Assembly (NCBI GenBank): GCA_020696385.1
Contig: JAEHCQ010000006.1
Span: 96,001-160,000, forward strand
Length of the DNA stretch: 64,000 bases
Direction of reading: 5' to 3'
Origin: Methanobacteriota archaeon
GTDB lineage: Archaea > Thermoplasmatota > Thermoplasmata > SG8-5 > JAGLSY01
The translations under genes were made by a program, and so were the position numbers. Below are positions 62,301 through 64,000 of the stretch, in pieces. Each line of letters opens with the position of its first letter. Positions within the stretch are counted from its first letter, which is position 1. The notes under the pieces were generated by a model, which ran no database searches, had not been told where the DNA came from, and was given only the letters and a program-made list of their open reading frames with translations.

Positions 62301-64000
62301 TCAGTTGATGGTGTTCCTCTTGTGGTGGATATTGATTACACATTGGATATCGACACTGGTTATATCATGTTCACACCAACTTTGAACGGTCTCCCAGGTG
62401 GCTCGAATGTTCTCATTGATGCCAATCTAATATACACTGAATCAATACCAACTGGCTTCAGTCTGGATGACAAGAGATTGGTCGATGCAAGTGCTGTTGT
62501 GGATATATACCACAAGAGATTGAATGGAACAATGGAACAGATCGCAGATAGCCAGATAAATGTGAACTACGCTGTAGGGACTGTTGCATTGAACTATTCT
62601 GCAAATCTTGAACTTGGTCTGTATATATTCGCAAACTACACATATTACAACAGAACTGTAATGCAGTCATTCTCTGTGAATGTGCAACCTCAGATAACAG
62701 ATACAGGATCATTCACATATGGAGATTCAAATTCCACTGAAGAACCTGGCGTCATGCCAACATGGGGTATGAGACCAGGACAGGGCTCAACACTACAGAG
62801 TGGTGATAGAAGATACTTCCACCTGTATGTACCTGCACAGGGATTGTATGCAACATCACAATTGGACGACTATTATCTGTTCAATGAGTTGTCATGGGGT
62901 ATGAATGCCACTGATCTCAACTTTGTGATATATGGAAAGGGTGACGCCGGTATCATGCCAAGTGCAGCACCTTACTACGCATCTTCACTCGGTGCTAGTG
63001 AAGAAAAGGCTGACTTCAGCTTCTTTACTGCAACAGAGGGTCCGAAAGAAGTTCTTGTTACACCATTCGCAAATGAGATAATAACGATCGTGGTATCTGC
63101 AAAGAGCTTTAATGGAACTGGAGACTCGGTCGAGATGCTTGAAGGAAGCAGTGGATGGCTGAAACTTAGTAGCAAGAATCCAAAGACATGGACAGATAAT
63201 CAGGTAGGTCACATGAATGTTTCAATGTTCTCCAACCTTAACCTGGACTCTGGTATCTATGCATCTATTGTGGGCCCTGCTCAGGGGCAGAGAACAACAG
63301 AGGATGTGTATGTGGATGACCTTTCCAATGATGATGGAACAATGGAGGGTTGGCTTACACTTTTGACATCTGGTGCATACACAAAGGTTGTCACAGTGGA
63401 AAATGCTCTTAGCTGGGATGTTCATATATGGGGTGACCCAACATGTCCTGATCTTGATCTGGCTGTGTTCCTGGATGGACTTAATGGCCAGCCAAAAGAT
63501 GGTGAAGCTCAATGGCAGGAAATAATTACGAAGAATGATATTGAGTTCGATGCTTATGCTAGTTTATATGGGACTGGATCCTATGCATATTGTGCAGACA
63601 TGGATGCGGATGAGGCTCTGAAATTCATAAGCCCGCCAGATGGTGATTATATCATCAAGGTTCTTGGATACACCGTCATGGGAAATCCAAGTCACTTCGA
63701 TCTTGAATTGAAGACCATCTTCTCTGGTGTAGAAGGATATAAGATCATGCCTAATGAAGCAGAATTTGCTGATGAGGACACAACAAGTAATGGATACCTC
63801 AATGAAACATCAATACCATCATTCACAGAAAGATCATTCAGTGTTCTTTGGAACTTCCCAGAGGGAACTGTGGATAATGTATATGGTGGAATCTACGTGC
63901 TTGGAATTCCAGAAGCGAACAAGCTCATTGTGATATCCACTGATATCTCACTTGACAGGGAAGCTCCTACCATAATACCACAATATACTGGACCAGGTAC
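56334..64000 (+). CDS. Giant secreted subtilase-like multidomain protein (>2500 aa, runs off the window); WD40 insertion, NosD-like beta-helices, degenerate catalytic Ser motif
   Basis: ATG after GGAGG. Manual translation: MPVDKTVKTISLLLVMALVLG, VALVDTGIDFG, THGTQMASVIA, PSGNDGSG, SSRGP..KPD and SSSEFATA. In frame at every spot check through 64000. Absent from the ORF track, consistent with no stop inside the window. Confidence 0.88.
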   Translation, partial: MPVDKTVKTISLLLVMALVLGPLGGVSVKESYNGVLNPSTPDSGDITDAPDILNKDIAGKNLPNTQASSKRTNFGDLTEMNGVYSTSGIKPSQAAWGNWSYRDAHNVPMVANMGYEGAGVSVALVDTGIDFGNINLADKYMTVDDPTSPYYGWPMAFDPLALSSYLQAKEVRVGNGWYANTSINGTGPFDVNHEIKVDGKNDFSQTELVGKDRYSDVRVNGTSTKAEFDLNELFITRDDTYWYGGVNTRYAEMNRTFGFALDFDGAASGGLTDPRGNYLHFKASHSAPVEQVAYSPDNNLIASCAASGTTDAPTSSYSVNSVKIWGVDGSLIETLPSEVSNVFTIAWSSDGSYLAYQTLKEVIVYETSGWTEVWRVETISESDGYRESMTFSPDNSILYFGMKLPRLGFLFMNNGTHMAKSIGGKAFSLAFNPISGDKIAVGLGDGYAKILDSTFPYSEILQFKDPILSSNIETVAWSPDETKIITGIGSLGTSIMQIWDASTGAWIANITGGHDPDSTVNTIKWLSTGEIITGADDGNMIVWDDTTYSIIDTKVSINNEPIYSFDINDVTGEYFLGTADCLVTKFSSDWGTTTPFAAQRPDVMIYIDYEREYYTFGADGQKLTTRDQIFNPDVYKWDESSSSWESTNLSAIGGEYIYKGSLAGEFTEVGFVEWSIPRNYSDWPGSNDLYVSSFICDWEPSRPQDTIPMDCNVPSPPTSVWVDFTNTEPVGISAWGHSYIPKTTVDHAKVTSVSPDDTYHFGYHPSKSLTKMLGPVSILVVESTTLGEWDQVYIDMNTDYIIDDNDIVVDINNPLAVWDAWNGSQPGSDGYPDISGGLLYFIANGTNKLPYSDRMGELLELTWNEDSPMPIPGNGELVAFYGEFDYDDLNGEIVTHGTQMASVIASEGVINGQNGPIEGVSPDIKFLPMCNAQYDLENSLYFAVEGYDGIPNTGDEANIVSTGQYSSGYDNGLDSTSSVIESLVNYTNSNVTFIAPSGNDGSGYGTIASPCGPSTLVVGFAEDNTFVSGGGDVHHYGSVGEASSRGPTATGLIKPDIIALGSGETDMPIGFSGSFIGTDGSKEFWTWTSSSEFATATATGVMALIYQAYEDTYGNYPTIETAMSLIKSSGRDLGHDPYTQGSGFIDAYTAILAATGATGLTMDVPDSTFGDSYGSSYTGFIDVMDRGDSAELSIDIENLGSGTEDVVYSMEYLRRIDVSEFNITMATGTSEFEGELSSYIPLEAQVIKVVAQTPYVGFSIGYGDYSITLWDWEDAQGPGETNYGIIDDSDDISYLISTHQESVNSLVCTYALPYGGLAGKLIMDIIPSNDVGALLDRNWTITVESFALGEWDWLEMSKSTDAIPTGGTSTLDLTMTIPDNALPGTYGASIVASYDEIAGSFNDVYGPTLEGDTSYLDVDLDTTHWDDGAIGNYWDDYGGAGTYALPDGDNADRFPQMTPFRSTYTAHNPIAINGNGGFSSVANSGAGTAMNPWVIEGYEIDGTAFSQAGISIENTDAYFIVRNCYIHDAQGSAGVYLDNVENGAFISNNVSANAQQGFYVTNSDNLYIADNDIMDNLADGIDLSVSEYVTIAYNDIFNNAGNGFASIAINMNDDNYCNIIGNYMVGRPLDAGFGCTLGLYTSHYNVISGNNMTDEDQLIDAWSATNNEVTYNTFVRANEFTAVAFWTAASNNNDIHHNAFYDIDISGWPNAEAYDDDASNNWDDGAEGNFWDIYTGPDADVNGIVDAPFAIGGGVNQDNFPLVTPNTDMQGYLPAHAPIVIDGDADFTAPNGVVSGTGTSADPYIIEGWSIVGPGNAIQIMNTTEYYVIKNCQLIGNGTDFGIFITNSTNGVVRFNDISGFNAGIGIGSTDISVSHNMLYSNIVGVTLGMSTDVTLEHNVVDAGMFGFYVSMSEDCYIMNNDISGSAVYGIQLNSSSGINYVYYNNLMSNTGQAFDDTLGDTVDDFELFAAHGVPADLIDVYDVAWCNISVDGVPLVVDIDYTLDIDTGYIMFTPTLNGLPGGSNVLIDANLIYTESIPTGFSLDDKRLVDASAVVDIYHKRLNGTMEQIADSQINVNYAVGTVALNYSANLELGLYIFANYTYYNRTVMQSFSVNVQPQITDTGSFTYGDSNSTEEPGVMPTWGMRPGQGSTLQSGDRRYFHLYVPAQGLYATSQLDDYYLFNELSWGMNATDLNFVIYGKGDAGIMPSAAPYYASSLGASEEKADFSFFTATEGPKEVLVTPFANEIITIVVSAKSFNGTGDSVEMLEGSSGWLKLSSKNPKTWTDNQVGHMNVSMFSNLNLDSGIYASIVGPAQGQRTTEDVYVDDLSNDDGTMEGWLTLLTSGAYTKVVTVENALSWDVHIWGDPTCPDLDLAVFLDGLNGQPKDGEAQWQEIITKNDIEFDAYASLYGTGSYAYCADMDADEALKFISPPDGDYIIKVLGYTVMGNPSHFDLELKTIFSGVEGYKIMPNEAEFADEDTTSNGYLNETSIPSFTERSFSVLWNFPEGTVDNVYGGIYVLGIPEANKLIVISTDISLDREAPTIIPQYTGPG

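Noticed and set aside
56575-63512. Numerous short ORFs in the last 7.5 kb
   Set aside because: Alternative-frame or antisense fragments within the single long ORF starting at 56334.

Overview
Gene-dense archaeal chromosomal segment, most consistent with Thermoplasmatota. This is an inference from GGTGA/GGAGG Shine-Dalgarno motifs, MCM, NMD3, aIF2beta-TRAM, Dph6, presenilin PSH, SepF, HPS-RraA and secreted proteins ending in GWNLVGYP...AYWV. Housekeeping and metabolic genes include purC, cysS, rtcB, mcm, glmS/glmU-like, RuMP hps/phi, two adjacent 2-oxoacid:ferredoxin oxidoreductase systems, a lactate permease and an FAD/CCG oxidoreductase pair. Most unusual items: (1) a four-gene cluster (33689-40041, minus) encoding two membrane-anchored surface proteins, a 1024-aa zinc-ribbon/acidic/4-TM/coiled-coil/ChlI-type AAA+ fusion and a soluble ChlI-type AAA+, with no chelatase or vWA partner nearby; (2) a >2500-aa secreted subtilase-like ORF (56334 to window end, missing from the ORF track) with a WD40 region inserted between Asp and His and Glu at the catalytic Ser position, divergent from an intact 1992-aa subtilase; (3) two families of dispersed structured intergenic elements, two copies each, with conserved junctions, covariation and IS200/IS605-end or omegaRNA-like features but no transposase or TnpB; (4) an ABC system with no substrate-binding protein, linked to DUF47 and PhoU and containing a coupled 13-codon mini-ORF. 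No rRNA, tRNA or CRISPR array was recognised. All family calls come from motif recognition; no database search was run.
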